Assembly (NCBI GenBank): GCA_963715985.1
Contig: CAVQSP010000020.1
Span: forward strand, 160,001-224,000
Reading direction: 5' to 3'
Origin: an uncultured Thermoleophilia bacterium
Lineage (GTDB): Bacteria > Actinomycetota > Thermoleophilia > UBA2241
Length of the DNA stretch: 64,000 nt
In this document: piece by piece, positions 21,467 through 31,044 of the stretch
Layout of the letters: each line of letters starts with the position of its first letter
Position numbering within the stretch: the first letter of the stretch is position 1
Program-made: the position numbers and the translations under genes
Notes under the pieces: model-generated
Told to the model about the DNA's origin: nothing
The model's input: the letters and a program-made list of their open reading frames with translations, nothing else
The model's database searches: none

Positions 21467-22657
21467 TCACCCCTCCGGCGCCGCGAGCACCTCGCGCATC
21501 TGCGCGTCCACGGTGGCGCCCCAGCGCGCGAACTCCTCGAAGAAGCGCGCGCAGGGCACGATCTGCTCGGGCACGAAGACGCCCGGTCCGGCGATCTCTC
21601 CGGAGGCCATCATCTTGGCGACGATGGCCGGCGGGATGCCGGTGTCCACGTCGCCGCCACCGGCGCCGTGGCCCTTGTGCGCCGGCACCGTGGCGCGCAC
21701 GCGCCACTCCAGCCGGCGCCCGTCCTTGCGGCCGCGCACGACGCCGAGAAGGTAGTCGACGTCGTCGAGCACGACGCCCTCCGGCTTCGCGATCTCGCTG
21801 ACCACCTTGAGCAGCACGTCGCGCGGCCGCACCGCCAGGCCGCGCACCTCGACCTCGTCGGTGCGCGTCATCCCGATGCGCTCGAGGAAGCGCATCTGCG
21901 CCGTGAACTCGGCCGGCAGCGCGAGCCTGAAGGTGGCGCTGCGCAGGCCCTTGTCCTGCCAGGCGTGCCAGAAGGTGAAGGGCTCCGAGTGGATGGTGTA
22001 GTGCGCCGCCAGCGTCCCCGCCGGCTCGCCGAAGTCGACGTCCTCCGCGCCCTGCCCGCCGCGGATGTCCATGACCCAGGCGCCCTCGATGAACTCGGGG
22101 GCGACGACGCTGAACTCGTCGCAGAGGGTCTCCAGGGAGTACGGCACCAGCCAGCCCTCGTAGCTGCTCCAGTCGGTGGCGTCGACGTTGCCGCAGAGGG
22201 CGTGCGCCTCCTCCACGCTGTCGAGCTGCTCGGCCCCGTACTTGGCGAGGATGTTGGTGACGCCGGGGGCGCCGCCCATGGCGATGACGGCGGTGACGCC
22301 GGCGGCGCGGAACTCCCCGTCCAGCTCGACCTGCTGTCTCGTGACGTGGAAGAGGCCGCCCATGTCCGTGTAGTGCACGCCGGCCGCGGCGGCGGCGTGC
22401 ATCACCTCGATGTTCCAGAAGTGCTGGGTGGCGTTGACCATGGCGTCGCAGCCGGCGATCGCCGCCATCACGCGCTCGCGGTCGCGGGCATCCACGACCA
22501 CGCCGCGGGCCTTGCCGCCGCCGTGGCTGGCCGCCACGGCTACGGCCTGCGCCTCGTCGCAGTCCCCGACGACGATCTCCTCCACCTGGGGGCTGATGCC
22601 CAGCTCCTTCACGGCCCAGCGGCCCATGGCCCCGGCGCCGACGACGGCGATCTTCAT
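21467..22657 (-). CDS. Saccharopine dehydrogenase-like NAD(P)-dependent oxidoreductase
   Basis: VVGAGAMG Rossmann motif, HYTDMGG, GGAPGVTN, HSEP, GVFVPE. Confidence 0.82.
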   Translation of the reverse strand: MKIAVVGAGAMGRWAVKELGISPQVEEIVVGDCDEAQAVAVAASHGGGKARGVVVDARDRERVMAAIAGCDAMVNATQHFWNIEVMHAAAAAGVHYTDMGGLFHVTRQQVELDGEFRAAGVTAVIAMGGAPGVTNILAKYGAEQLDSVEEAHALCGNVDATDWSSYEGWLVPYSLETLCDEFSVVAPEFIEGAWVMDIRGGQGAEDVDFGEPAGTLAAHYTIHSEPFTFWHAWQDKGLRSATFRLALPAEFTAQMRFLERIGMTRTDEVEVRGLAVRPRDVLLKVVSEIAKPEGVVLDDVDYLLGVVRGRKDGRRLEWRVRATVPAHKGHGAGGGDVDTGIPPAIVAKMMASGEIAGPGVFVPEQIVPCARFFEEFARWGATVDAQMREVLAAPEG

Positions 22658-22784
22658 GACGATCCCCTCCGCTCGCTCTCGCGTTGGTGTCCCGGTTGCG
22701 AGACTACGGAAGCCACCCCCTGAAGTACATGCCCGAATCGGCTATCATGGCGAGGCTGGATTCCTCTTCCTCCACGGTTGGACG

Positions 22785-24155
22785 GTGACGCGGGTCGTGT
22801 ACGGCCTCGATGAGCAGGAGTGGCGCGCGCTCGAGCGCGAGGTCGTCGACCTGTTCACCGCCCTCCTCCGCGTCGACACCACCAACCCGCCCGGCAACGA
22901 GACGGCCTGCGCCCTGGTGCTGCAGGAGTACCTTGCCGCCAACGGCTTCGTCTGTACGCTGCTCGGCCAGCTGCCGGAGCGGCAGAACCTCGTGACCCGC
23001 CTGGACGGCGCCCGCCCGGGCCCCACGTTGACCCTTATGGGCCACCTGGACGTGGTACCCGCCGATGCCGCCGAGTGGACGGTGCCGCCCTTCGCAGGAG
23101 TCGTCAAGGACGGCTACGTGTGGGGCTGCGGCGCCACCGACATGAAGAACCAGGTGGCCGCGGCGGCCGTCGCCCTGGCGCGGCTGAAGCGCTCGGGCAC
23201 CGACCTCGCAGGCACCATCAAGTTCGCGGCCACCGCCGACGAGGAGGACGGCACCCTCTGCGGCGTGCGCTGGCTGTGCCGCGAGCACCCCGACCTCATC
23301 GGCTGCGACTACCTCGTCAACGAGGGCATGGGCGGCCTGTGGATGCCGGTGGACGGCCACAAGGTGTTCCTGCTGGCCGTGGGCGAGAAGGCGTTCGCCC
23401 AGTTCCGCATCCGCACGCGAGGGCGCGGCGGCCACGCGTCGCTGCCGGAGAAGGAGCGCAGTGCCGTCATCGACCTGGCGCGCGCAGTCACCGCGCTCGG
23501 CCTGGCCGATCCCCCGGCCATCGTCTCGCCGATGACGGCCACGTTCATCGACGCCCTGGTCACGGACGGCGAGCTGGGCGCGCGCCTCAAGGATCCCTCC
23601 GGGGCGCGCGCGGCCGGCGCGGAGCTGCGGCGCCGGGACCCCGAGGTCGCGGGCCTCATCGAGCCGCTGCTGGGCGCCACCTTCACGCCCACGATGCTCA
23701 CCGCCGGCTCGGTGGTCAACGTGATCCCCACGCACGCCGAGGCCACCATCGACTGCCGCATCCTGCCCGAGATGACCCTCGACGGTACCCGGGACATCGT
23801 CGCGGGTGTGCTCGACCCTCTCGGCATCGACTGGGAGCTCGAGTGGATCGACGTCACCGAGCCCAACTCGTCGCCGGTGCCCACCCGGCTCAGCGAGAGC
23901 ATCGAGCGCGTGCTCACGCACGACGTCCCCGGCGCCGTGCTCGCGCCGATGTGCTCGGGCAGCTTCACCGACTCGCGCTGGGTGCGCGAGTACTTCCCCG
24001 AGTGCGTGGCATACGGGTTCGCGCCCTTCGTGGCGGAGAGCTTTCACGCCATGAACGGCGGCCGCGACCACGAGCCGGACGAGCGCATCCTCGTGGAGGA
24101 CGTGACCTACCAGGCGCTGTTCTTCGAGCGCCTCGCACGGGACCTGCTGGCCTGA
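22785..24155 (+). CDS. M20/M25/M40 metallohydrolase (ArgE/DapE-like)
   Basis: DTTNPPGNE, GHLDVVP, GATDMK, DEE, NEG, GGHAS, HEPDERI. Start approximate. Confidence 0.88.
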   Translation: MTRVVYGLDEQEWRALEREVVDLFTALLRVDTTNPPGNETACALVLQEYLAANGFVCTLLGQLPERQNLVTRLDGARPGPTLTLMGHLDVVPADAAEWTVPPFAGVVKDGYVWGCGATDMKNQVAAAAVALARLKRSGTDLAGTIKFAATADEEDGTLCGVRWLCREHPDLIGCDYLVNEGMGGLWMPVDGHKVFLLAVGEKAFAQFRIRTRGRGGHASLPEKERSAVIDLARAVTALGLADPPAIVSPMTATFIDALVTDGELGARLKDPSGARAAGAELRRRDPEVAGLIEPLLGATFTPTMLTAGSVVNVIPTHAEATIDCRILPEMTLDGTRDIVAGVLDPLGIDWELEWIDVTEPNSSPVPTRLSESIERVLTHDVPGAVLAPMCSGSFTDSRWVREYFPECVAYGFAPFVAESFHAMNGGRDHEPDERILVEDVTYQALFFERLARDLLA

Positions 24156-25087
24156 TGCCCGAGGTCCCCCACACCCCGTCCACGCGCGAACGCTTCCACG
24201 GCGCGCTGCTCGGCCTCGCCACCGGCGAGGCCCTGGGCGCGCCGGCCGAGTTCCTTACGCCCGCGCAGATCCTGGACACCTACGGGGTGCTCACGGAGAT
24301 GGTCGGCGGCGGCGTGTACGACCTGCCGCCGGGTGAGAGCGTGGACGCCACCGAGATGATGCTCTGCCTCGCCGAGAGCCTCGCCGACAGCGGCGAGTTC
24401 GAGGCCGAGGATGTCATCGAGCGGTACCGCCGGTGGTTCGAGAGCCAGCCGCGCCACGTGAGCCTCACGGTGAGGGCGGCGCTGATCAGTTACCGCGCAG
24501 GCACCCACTGGGACCTCGCCTCCCGCCGCGCCTTCGAGATCCTCGGCGGACCGCGGGCCGGCAACGGCAGCCTCATCCGCTGCGCCCCGGTCGGCCTCGC
24601 CTACTGCGGCGACGCGGTGACGCGACACGCCATCTCCTTGCGCGAGTCCATGCTCACGCACTTCGACCGCCTCGCCGGCTGGTCGTGCGCCGCGTTCAAC
24701 GACCTGATCAGCGCGGCCATACACGACGACCTCGCCGACCAGGTGCCCGACATCGCGGCGACCATCGACGACGAGGACCTCCGCGTCAGCAGGATGCTGC
24801 GCGATACCCTCGCCCTGGAGCCCGAGGAGGTCCGCAGCTCGTCCTTCGTGCTTGACACCCTGCAGACCGCCCTGTGGACGGTACTCCGCTCCACGGACTT
24901 CGAGCACGCGGTCACGGTGGCCGTGAACATGGGTCACGACTCCTGCGCCGCAGGCGCCGTGACCGGTGCGCTGGCAGGGGCGGTGTACGGTGAGGGCGGC
25001 ATCCCGTCGCGCTGGCTGGAGGCCCTTCATGGCCGCGAGCGCATCGCCACCGTCGCCGACAGGCTCGCCGACCTCGCCGCCTGCTAG
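24155..25087 (+). CDS. ADP-ribosylglycohydrolase (DraG/ARH) family protein with altered metal ligands
   Basis: GALLGLATGEALGAPAEF, AGNGSLIRCAP, LTH, AVNMGHDS..GAVTGALAGA.YG..GIP..W. TGATG coupling to the M20 gene. Confidence 0.82.
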   Translation: MPEVPHTPSTRERFHGALLGLATGEALGAPAEFLTPAQILDTYGVLTEMVGGGVYDLPPGESVDATEMMLCLAESLADSGEFEAEDVIERYRRWFESQPRHVSLTVRAALISYRAGTHWDLASRRAFEILGGPRAGNGSLIRCAPVGLAYCGDAVTRHAISLRESMLTHFDRLAGWSCAAFNDLISAAIHDDLADQVPDIAATIDDEDLRVSRMLRDTLALEPEEVRSSSFVLDTLQTALWTVLRSTDFEHAVTVAVNMGHDSCAAGAVTGALAGAVYGEGGIPSRWLEALHGRERIATVADRLADLAAC

Positions 25088-25119
25088 ACCCGAGGCACGG
25101 AGGCCGGACTCGGAGCGGG

Positions 25120-25148
25120 TTGCATTCACTCCATTCACTATGTAGTTT
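25120..25148 (+). promoter_or_regulatory. Promoter with CATTCACT direct repeats (candidate autoregulatory operator)
   Basis: TTGCAT-N17-TAGTTT with two CATTCACT copies across the -35 and spacer. Confidence 0.5.
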
Positions 25149-25186
25149 ACGTTCGCTCTACACGCCCCCTGGAACGGAGATCCGAG

Positions 25187-25714
25187 TTGTCCGCGAGCAT
25201 GAGCCCTGCGCAGCGCGAGCTCATCGAGGAGTTCGGCCTGCTGTACGAGCAGATGGGCAGCACGCGCATGTGCGGCCGGGTCGCGGCGTGGCTGATGCTC
25301 TGCGACTCCCCCGTCCAGTCGCTCACCGAGATCGCCGACGGGTTGGGCGTGAGCAAGGCGGCGGTGAGCGCCTCCGCACGTCTGCTCCTCCAGAGCCACG
25401 TCGTTGAGCGCGTGGGCGAGCCCGGGCAGCGCGGCGACTTCTACCGCATGCTGCCCGTGGACGCCGACGGCATCGTGCCGCTGGACCACGTGCGCACGCT
25501 GAACAGCCTGCTGCGCCGCGCCATCGCCAGCGTCGCGGACCGCGACCCGACGCATCCGAACTACGCGATGATGAGAGAGCTCCTCGAGCTCACCGCGTTC
25601 ATCGAGACCGAACTGCCGGAGATGCTGGCGCGCTGGCGCGAGCGCCGCGCCGGCGCCGTGCCGGCCTCGCCCGACCCTTCCCCTGGACCCGCCGATCGTG
25701 GAGGCACCCTTTGA
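25187..25714 (+). CDS. GbsR/MarR-family transcriptional regulator
   Basis: IEEFGLLYEQMG..RMCGRV..WL, QSLTEIADGLGVSKAAVS, PGQRGDFY. Confidence 0.85.
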   Translation: MSASMSPAQRELIEEFGLLYEQMGSTRMCGRVAAWLMLCDSPVQSLTEIADGLGVSKAAVSASARLLLQSHVVERVGEPGQRGDFYRMLPVDADGIVPLDHVRTLNSLLRRAIASVADRDPTHPNYAMMRELLELTAFIETELPEMLARWRERRAGAVPASPDPSPGPADRGGTL

Positions 25715-28700
25715 GCTGGCTGACCAAGATCTCACTCCGCAACCGCTCGATCGTCGGCCTCGGCGTGGTGGCGGTCATCATCTTCGGCGTTATCGCCATC
25801 ACCTCGCTCAAGCAAGAGCTGATCCCCGACCTCACGTTCCCCTACGTGACGGTCGTCACGGTGGCTCCGGGCTCGTCCGCCGGCGACGTGGAACGGACGG
25901 TGACCACACCGCTTGAGCAGGCCATCAAGACCACCAGCGGCATCAAGCGGTACGACTCCTTCTCCAACGATTCCATGAGCGTCATCACCGTGGAGTACGA
26001 GTTCGGTACCGACGTGAAGACCAAGGAGAACGAGCTGCAGCAGGCCATCTCCGGGGTGCAGCAGGCGCTGCCGCCCACCGTCCAGCCTCCGCAAGTAGCG
26101 GCCCTCAACTTCAACTCGATGCCGGTGGTCCAGCTGGCGGTGTCGTCGTCACTGCCGCCGGAGGAGCTCGCCACCCTGCTCGGCACGCGCGTGGTGCCGC
26201 AGCTCCAGGGCATCCAGGGCGTGCAGGCCGTGACCCTCTCGGGCGTCCAGCAGATGCAGCTGCAGGTGCGGCTGAAGACCGACGCGGCGCTCAAGCTGGG
26301 CGCCTCGCCGACGGACATCGCCGCCACCCTCCAGCAGGCCAACCTGAACGCCGGCGCCGGCAGCGTGACGTCCGGCAGCCTCGTCTATCCGATCACCGTG
26401 TCGGCCAAGGCGCAGACCGTGGCTGCGATCAAGCGGCTCGTGATCACGCCGTCGAGCACGTCGATGAGCCTCACCGGCGCCGCGGCGTCCGGGAGCGCGG
26501 CCGCCGCAGCCGCGGCAGCGGGGTCGGCCGGCGGCGCCGGCGCGCCCGCCGCCGCGACCAAGCCCGTCACCATCGGCGACGTGGCCGACGTGAGCATCGC
26601 CCCCGCGCCGCTCACGGCGATCACGCGGACTGACGGCAGGGCCTCCGTCGGCATCTCCGTGAGCAAGGCCTCGAGCGGCAACACCGTCGACATCGCCGCG
26701 GAGATCGACCAGATGATGCCGCAACTCACCCGCGAGCTCAAAGGCAAGGCGATCATCACGACGGTGGTCGACCAGTCCATCTACATCAAGGAGAGCATCA
26801 CCTCGCTGTGGCGCGAGGGCCTCATCGGCGCGCTGTTCGCCGTCTTCATCATCTGGGTCTTCCTGCGCAGCTGGCGCTCCACCGTCATCGCCAGCCTCTC
26901 CATCCCCCTCAGCGTCATCGGTGCCTTGATCATCCTGTACTCCCGTGGCGAGTCGCTGAACATGATGACGCTGGGAGGGCTCACGATCGCCATCGGACGG
27001 GTGATCGACGACTCGATCGTCGTCATCGAGAACACCTATCGCCACCTGCAGGAGGGCGACGACGTACGCACCGCCGCCTTCACCGGCACCCGCGAGGTGG
27101 CCGGGGCCATCACGGCCAGCACGCTGACGACCGTGGCCGTCTTTCTGCCGCTGGGCTTCGTGCACGGCCTCGCCTCCGAGTTCTTCCGCCCCTTCGCCCT
27201 CACGGTGACCTTCGCGCTGTTCTGCAGCCTCGCCGTGGCGCTCATCGTGGTGCCGGTGGCCTCCACCTGGCTGCTCACGAAGAAGCAGGTCGGGCATCGC
27301 CACGCCGAAGAGACCACGCGCCTGCAGCGCGCGTACCTCCCCGCCCTCGAGCTCGCCCTCGGCCACAAGGTGATCACGCTCGTCCTCGCGGCCGCGATCC
27401 TCGTGGGCACCATGGCCCTGGCGCCGCTGCTGAAGACGAACCTGTTCGACAGCTCGGCCCAGAACACCATGAGCATCACCCAGCAGATGCAGCCCGGCAC
27501 CAGCCTGGACGCCACGATGGCGGCGGCGAAGAAGATCGAGGACGTCCTCGCGAACACCGAGGGCATCGACATCTACCAGGTGACGGGCGGCAGCACGGGA
27601 AGCCTCTTCGGCGCCGGCGGCGGCACCAGCGCCTCCTCGAGCCAGGCCGCCTTCACCATCACCACGGACCCGGACATGGACAAGAACACCATCGTCGAGG
27701 TGGTCCGCGCCAAGGTGGCCACGCTGCAGAACGTGGGCACCGTCACGGTGACCGGCGAAGACTCCTCCGCGGGCATGTCCGGGATGAGCATGATGGAGGT
27801 GCGCGTCACCGCCAGCGACCCCGTCGTGCTCAAGGCAGCCAGCGACGAGGTCCTGAAGCACGTGCAGACCGTGGAGGGGCTCGCCAACGTGAGCTCGAAC
27901 CTCAGCGAGGGACGCCCCTCTGTCACCGTGGTGGTGGATCAGGCCAAGGCGGCGGCCGCAGGCGTCTCGCCGTCAACGCTCAGCATGTACTCCACGCTGA
28001 TCTTCAACGGCTACCCGATCGGCGTGGTCCCGACGACGTCGGGTACTCTCCCCGCCCAGCTGCTCGTGCAGAGCTTCACGGTGCCGCCCATCCCCGGCGC
28101 CGTGAGCGCCCTGATGACGAAGCTGCCCGTACCGGGCAGCAACGGCATGGTGCCGCTCGGCGACATCGCCACGGTCGCCGAGGTGAAGGCGCCGGTGCAG
28201 GTGACGCACGCCGACGGCGAGCGCACCGCCAGCATCACGGCCACTGCCGTGGACAACAACATCGGCGCGGCCTCCACGCGGGTGGAGACTGCGATGGCCG
28301 ACGTCAAACTGCCGGCCGGAGCCTCCTGGGAGCTCGCCGGCGCCACCCAGGTGACCAACGACGTGTTCCGCACCCTCGGCATCGCCATGCTGATCGCCAT
28401 CCTGCTCGTCTACATCATCATGGTGGCGACCTTCCGCAGCCTGCTGAACCCGCTCATCCTGCTCGTGAGCATCCCCTTCGCGGCGGTGGGCGCCGTCATC
28501 GCGCTGGTCGTCACCGGGACGGCGCTGGGCATGCCCAGCCTCGTCGGCCTGCTCATGCTGATCGGCATCGTGGTGACCAACGCAATCGTGCTGCTCGACC
28601 TGGTGGAGCAGTTCCGGCGCCGCGGCATGGACGCGCGCACGGCCGTCGTGGAGGGTGCGCGCCGCAGGCTGCGCCCCATCCTCATGACGGCCGTGGCCAC

Positions 28701-28923
28701 CATCCTCGCCCTGACGCCGATGGCCCTGGGCCTCGGCAAGGGCGGCTTCCTCTCCACACCGCTGGCCGTGGTCGTCATCGGCGGCCTCTTCACCTCGACG
28801 TTCCTGACGCTGGTCCTGGTCCCGGTGCTCTACCTGACCATCGACCGGCTGCGCCCCGCGTGGGCCAAGGACGTCGCCGTGGCCGAGGCGCCGCCGTTCG
28901 AGCCCGAGACGGCGCCGAACTGA
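25711..28923 (+). CDS. RND efflux permease (AcrB/SwrC-like), no adjacent MFP
   Basis: 1070 aa; IGRVIDDSIVVIEN, GIVVTNAIVLLD, RLRPILMTA. Confidence 0.93.
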   Translation: MSWLTKISLRNRSIVGLGVVAVIIFGVIAITSLKQELIPDLTFPYVTVVTVAPGSSAGDVERTVTTPLEQAIKTTSGIKRYDSFSNDSMSVITVEYEFGTDVKTKENELQQAISGVQQALPPTVQPPQVAALNFNSMPVVQLAVSSSLPPEELATLLGTRVVPQLQGIQGVQAVTLSGVQQMQLQVRLKTDAALKLGASPTDIAATLQQANLNAGAGSVTSGSLVYPITVSAKAQTVAAIKRLVITPSSTSMSLTGAAASGSAAAAAAAAGSAGGAGAPAAATKPVTIGDVADVSIAPAPLTAITRTDGRASVGISVSKASSGNTVDIAAEIDQMMPQLTRELKGKAIITTVVDQSIYIKESITSLWREGLIGALFAVFIIWVFLRSWRSTVIASLSIPLSVIGALIILYSRGESLNMMTLGGLTIAIGRVIDDSIVVIENTYRHLQEGDDVRTAAFTGTREVAGAITASTLTTVAVFLPLGFVHGLASEFFRPFALTVTFALFCSLAVALIVVPVASTWLLTKKQVGHRHAEETTRLQRAYLPALELALGHKVITLVLAAAILVGTMALAPLLKTNLFDSSAQNTMSITQQMQPGTSLDATMAAAKKIEDVLANTEGIDIYQVTGGSTGSLFGAGGGTSASSSQAAFTITTDPDMDKNTIVEVVRAKVATLQNVGTVTVTGEDSSAGMSGMSMMEVRVTASDPVVLKAASDEVLKHVQTVEGLANVSSNLSEGRPSVTVVVDQAKAAAAGVSPSTLSMYSTLIFNGYPIGVVPTTSGTLPAQLLVQSFTVPPIPGAVSALMTKLPVPGSNGMVPLGDIATVAEVKAPVQVTHADGERTASITATAVDNNIGAASTRVETAMADVKLPAGASWELAGATQVTNDVFRTLGIAMLIAILLVYIIMVATFRSLLNPLILLVSIPFAAVGAVIALVVTGTALGMPSLVGLLMLIGIVVTNAIVLLDLVEQFRRRGMDARTAVVEGARRRLRPILMTAVATILALTPMALGLGKGGFLSTPLAVVVIGGLFTSTFLTLVLVPVLYLTIDRLRPAWAKDVAVAEAPPFEPETAPN

Positions 28924-28930
28924 GAGACGT

Positions 28931-28977
28931 GCCGGTCGGCGGGGCGGGCGCCATGGGCGCCCGCCCCGCCGACCGGC
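28931..28977 (+). terminator. 22-bp perfect hairpin after the RND gene
   Basis: gccggtcggcggggcgggcgcc-atg-ggcgcccgccccgccgaccggc. Confidence 0.7.
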
Positions 28978-29087
28978 CGCTGAAAGACAACCCTGGCGGT
29001 GCACCCGGCACCGGTCGGGGGTACGCTTGTGCGCGACGCCGGCGCCGTCCGCCGGCACCCGATGACCAGCAGCTGAAAGGAGTCGCC

Positions 29088-29588
29088 GTGGCGAAACCAT
29101 CCGCCAAGAAGCCCGCCGCCAGGAGCGCCCGCGCCAAAGGAGGCGCCGGCACCGCCCCCGCCCCGCGGTCGCTGACCAAGGCCGAGCTCGTCGACGAGCT
29201 CAACCGCGACCTCGCCAAGGAGTACGCGGCGCTGATCCAGTACGTGCAGCACGCCGCGGTGATCACCGGGCCCCAGTACGACGCCATCTCCGCGGAGCTG
29301 CTCGTGCACGCCACCGAGGAGCACACGCACGCCGTCTCCCTCTCCAACCAGATCGACTGGCTGGGCGGGGTGCCGGCCGTTGACGTCGGCGACATCCACA
29401 TCTCCCCGGACTCCAAGACGATGCTGGAGCTCGACCTCGACGGCGAGCTGGACGCCATCTCCCGCTACAGGGAGCGCGTGAGCCAGGCCGAGCTGCTGCA
29501 GGAGTACGGCCTGCGCCGTGCCCTGGAGGACATCCTCATCGTGGAAGAGGAGCACGCCCGCGACCTGCAGAACGCGCTGGACATGTAG
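29088..29588 (+). CDS. Bacterioferritin/ferritin-like diiron protein with a basic N-terminal tail
   Basis: RBS AAGGAG; EYAALIQY..H, EEHTHA, ELDAISRY, EEEHARDL. Confidence 0.85.
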   Translation: MAKPSAKKPAARSARAKGGAGTAPAPRSLTKAELVDELNRDLAKEYAALIQYVQHAAVITGPQYDAISAELLVHATEEHTHAVSLSNQIDWLGGVPAVDVGDIHISPDSKTMLELDLDGELDAISRYRERVSQAELLQEYGLRRALEDILIVEEEHARDLQNALDM

Positions 29589-29602
29589 CACTTCGTGTGC
29601 TG

Positions 29603-29646
29603 GCGGCGAGGGGCGGGAGCGCGTCACAGCTCCCGCCCCTCGCCGC
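29603..29646. terminator. Hairpin between the convergent ferritin and MFS genes
   Basis: 18-bp stem gcggcgaggggcgggagc/gctcccgcccctcgccgc followed by TTT. Confidence 0.7.
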
Positions 29647-29679
29647 TTTCGCGTACGACGCCCGGCGTGCAGCTGAGAC

Positions 29680-31041
29680 TCAGCGCGCCGCGGCGGCCCT
29701 CCGCCGCGGCCGCCGGCAGACCAGCGGATACGCCACCGTCCCCGCCAAGCCCACGAGCATCACGAGGAAGAAGGTGACGCGGCCGCCGGCCGCGTCCATC
29801 CCCCAGCCCGCCAGGAGCGGGCTCAGGGCCTGCCCTCCGATCCACACGAGACTCCACGCGCCCATGTACCGGCCGCGCTCGGCCACCGTGGTCATCCCCG
29901 ACACGAGGCTGGTGGAGAGCGGCACGAAGATCATCTCCCCGAGGCTGAAGACCACGATGAGGAGCCACAGACTCCACCCGCCGCCGGTGAGGGACGCTCC
30001 ACCGATGCCGATGCCGAGCAGGGCGCTGGACAGCGCCAGCAGCAGGAGCCGGTCGCGCTTCTCCAGGCGGCGCACCAGCGGGTACTGGATGGCGACGATG
30101 AGGACGGCGTTGAGGGAGAGCAGCACTCCCCAGCGTGAGATGGGCACGTCGAGGAACTGCGTCACATACACAGGGTAGACGGAGACGATCTGCCCGTAGC
30201 AGAACAGCGGCAGGAGCGAGACCAGGCAGAAGGCGAGGAACGCGCGGTCGCGCAGGACCACGCCGTAGCCGGAATGACGCGCGGCCGTCGGCGAGGGCGC
30301 GGCGGCCTCCGCGGCGAGCGCAGTCGAGGCGGCGGCCGTCCCGGCCGAGGCGCCGGAGCGCCCGGTCTCGTGGTGGGAGGCAGCGGCGAGTGCCTCGGCC
30401 GCGTCGAGAGGGCCGGCGACCGTGGGCGCCGATGGCTGGGGCCGCGTCTCGGCGAGGCGCGCCAGCAGGACGAAGAACAGCGCCGCACAGCCGACCCCGG
30501 CGGCGGCGAACAGCCAGGCGAACGAGAGGCCGGCGGCCAGAGCAAAGCCCGCCGTCGCCGGCCCCGCCACGACGCCTGCGTTCACGGCCACCCGCACGAT
30601 GCTGTACGCCTCGGCGGTCTGGTCCTGCTCCACGAGGTCGGCGACCATGGCGTTGCTCGCCGTGAGGAAGAGCGGCCAGCCGAAAGCGCCGTTGGCGAGC
30701 ACGAGGAGGGCGGCCTGCCACACGGAGCTCACCACGGTGAGCCCGAACAGGACCACCGCGCTGGCCAGCAGCGAGAAGAGCATGAGCCCGCGTCGGCCCC
30801 GCCGATCGGCCCAGCTGCCGCCGAGAAGCTGCATCGGCAATCCCGCCAGGCTGGCGGCGCCGAGGATGACGCCGGCCAGCGTGCGCGAGATGCCCAGCCG
30901 CTCGGTCATGTAGATGCCGAAGAACGGGAAGACGATGGCCGAGCTCGCCAGGTAGACGAGCGTGGCCGCGAACACCAGCCAGAACTGGCCGGGGAAGCGG
31001 CCGGCGGCCGTGCGGGCGCGTCGGACGAGACGGCGCGGCAC
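29680..31041 (-). CDS. MFS transporter (MdtH-like)
   Basis: GGSWADRRGRR motif A, about 12 TM segments, RGRYMG. Confidence 0.88.
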   Translation of the reverse strand: MPRRLVRRARTAAGRFPGQFWLVFAATLVYLASSAIVFPFFGIYMTERLGISRTLAGVILGAASLAGLPMQLLGGSWADRRGRRGLMLFSLLASAVVLFGLTVVSSVWQAALLVLANGAFGWPLFLTASNAMVADLVEQDQTAEAYSIVRVAVNAGVVAGPATAGFALAAGLSFAWLFAAAGVGCAALFFVLLARLAETRPQPSAPTVAGPLDAAEALAAASHHETGRSGASAGTAAASTALAAEAAAPSPTAARHSGYGVVLRDRAFLAFCLVSLLPLFCYGQIVSVYPVYVTQFLDVPISRWGVLLSLNAVLIVAIQYPLVRRLEKRDRLLLLALSSALLGIGIGGASLTGGGWSLWLLIVVFSLGEMIFVPLSTSLVSGMTTVAERGRYMGAWSLVWIGGQALSPLLAGWGMDAAGGRVTFFLVMLVGLAGTVAYPLVCRRPRRRAAAAR

Positions 31042-31044
31042 CCG

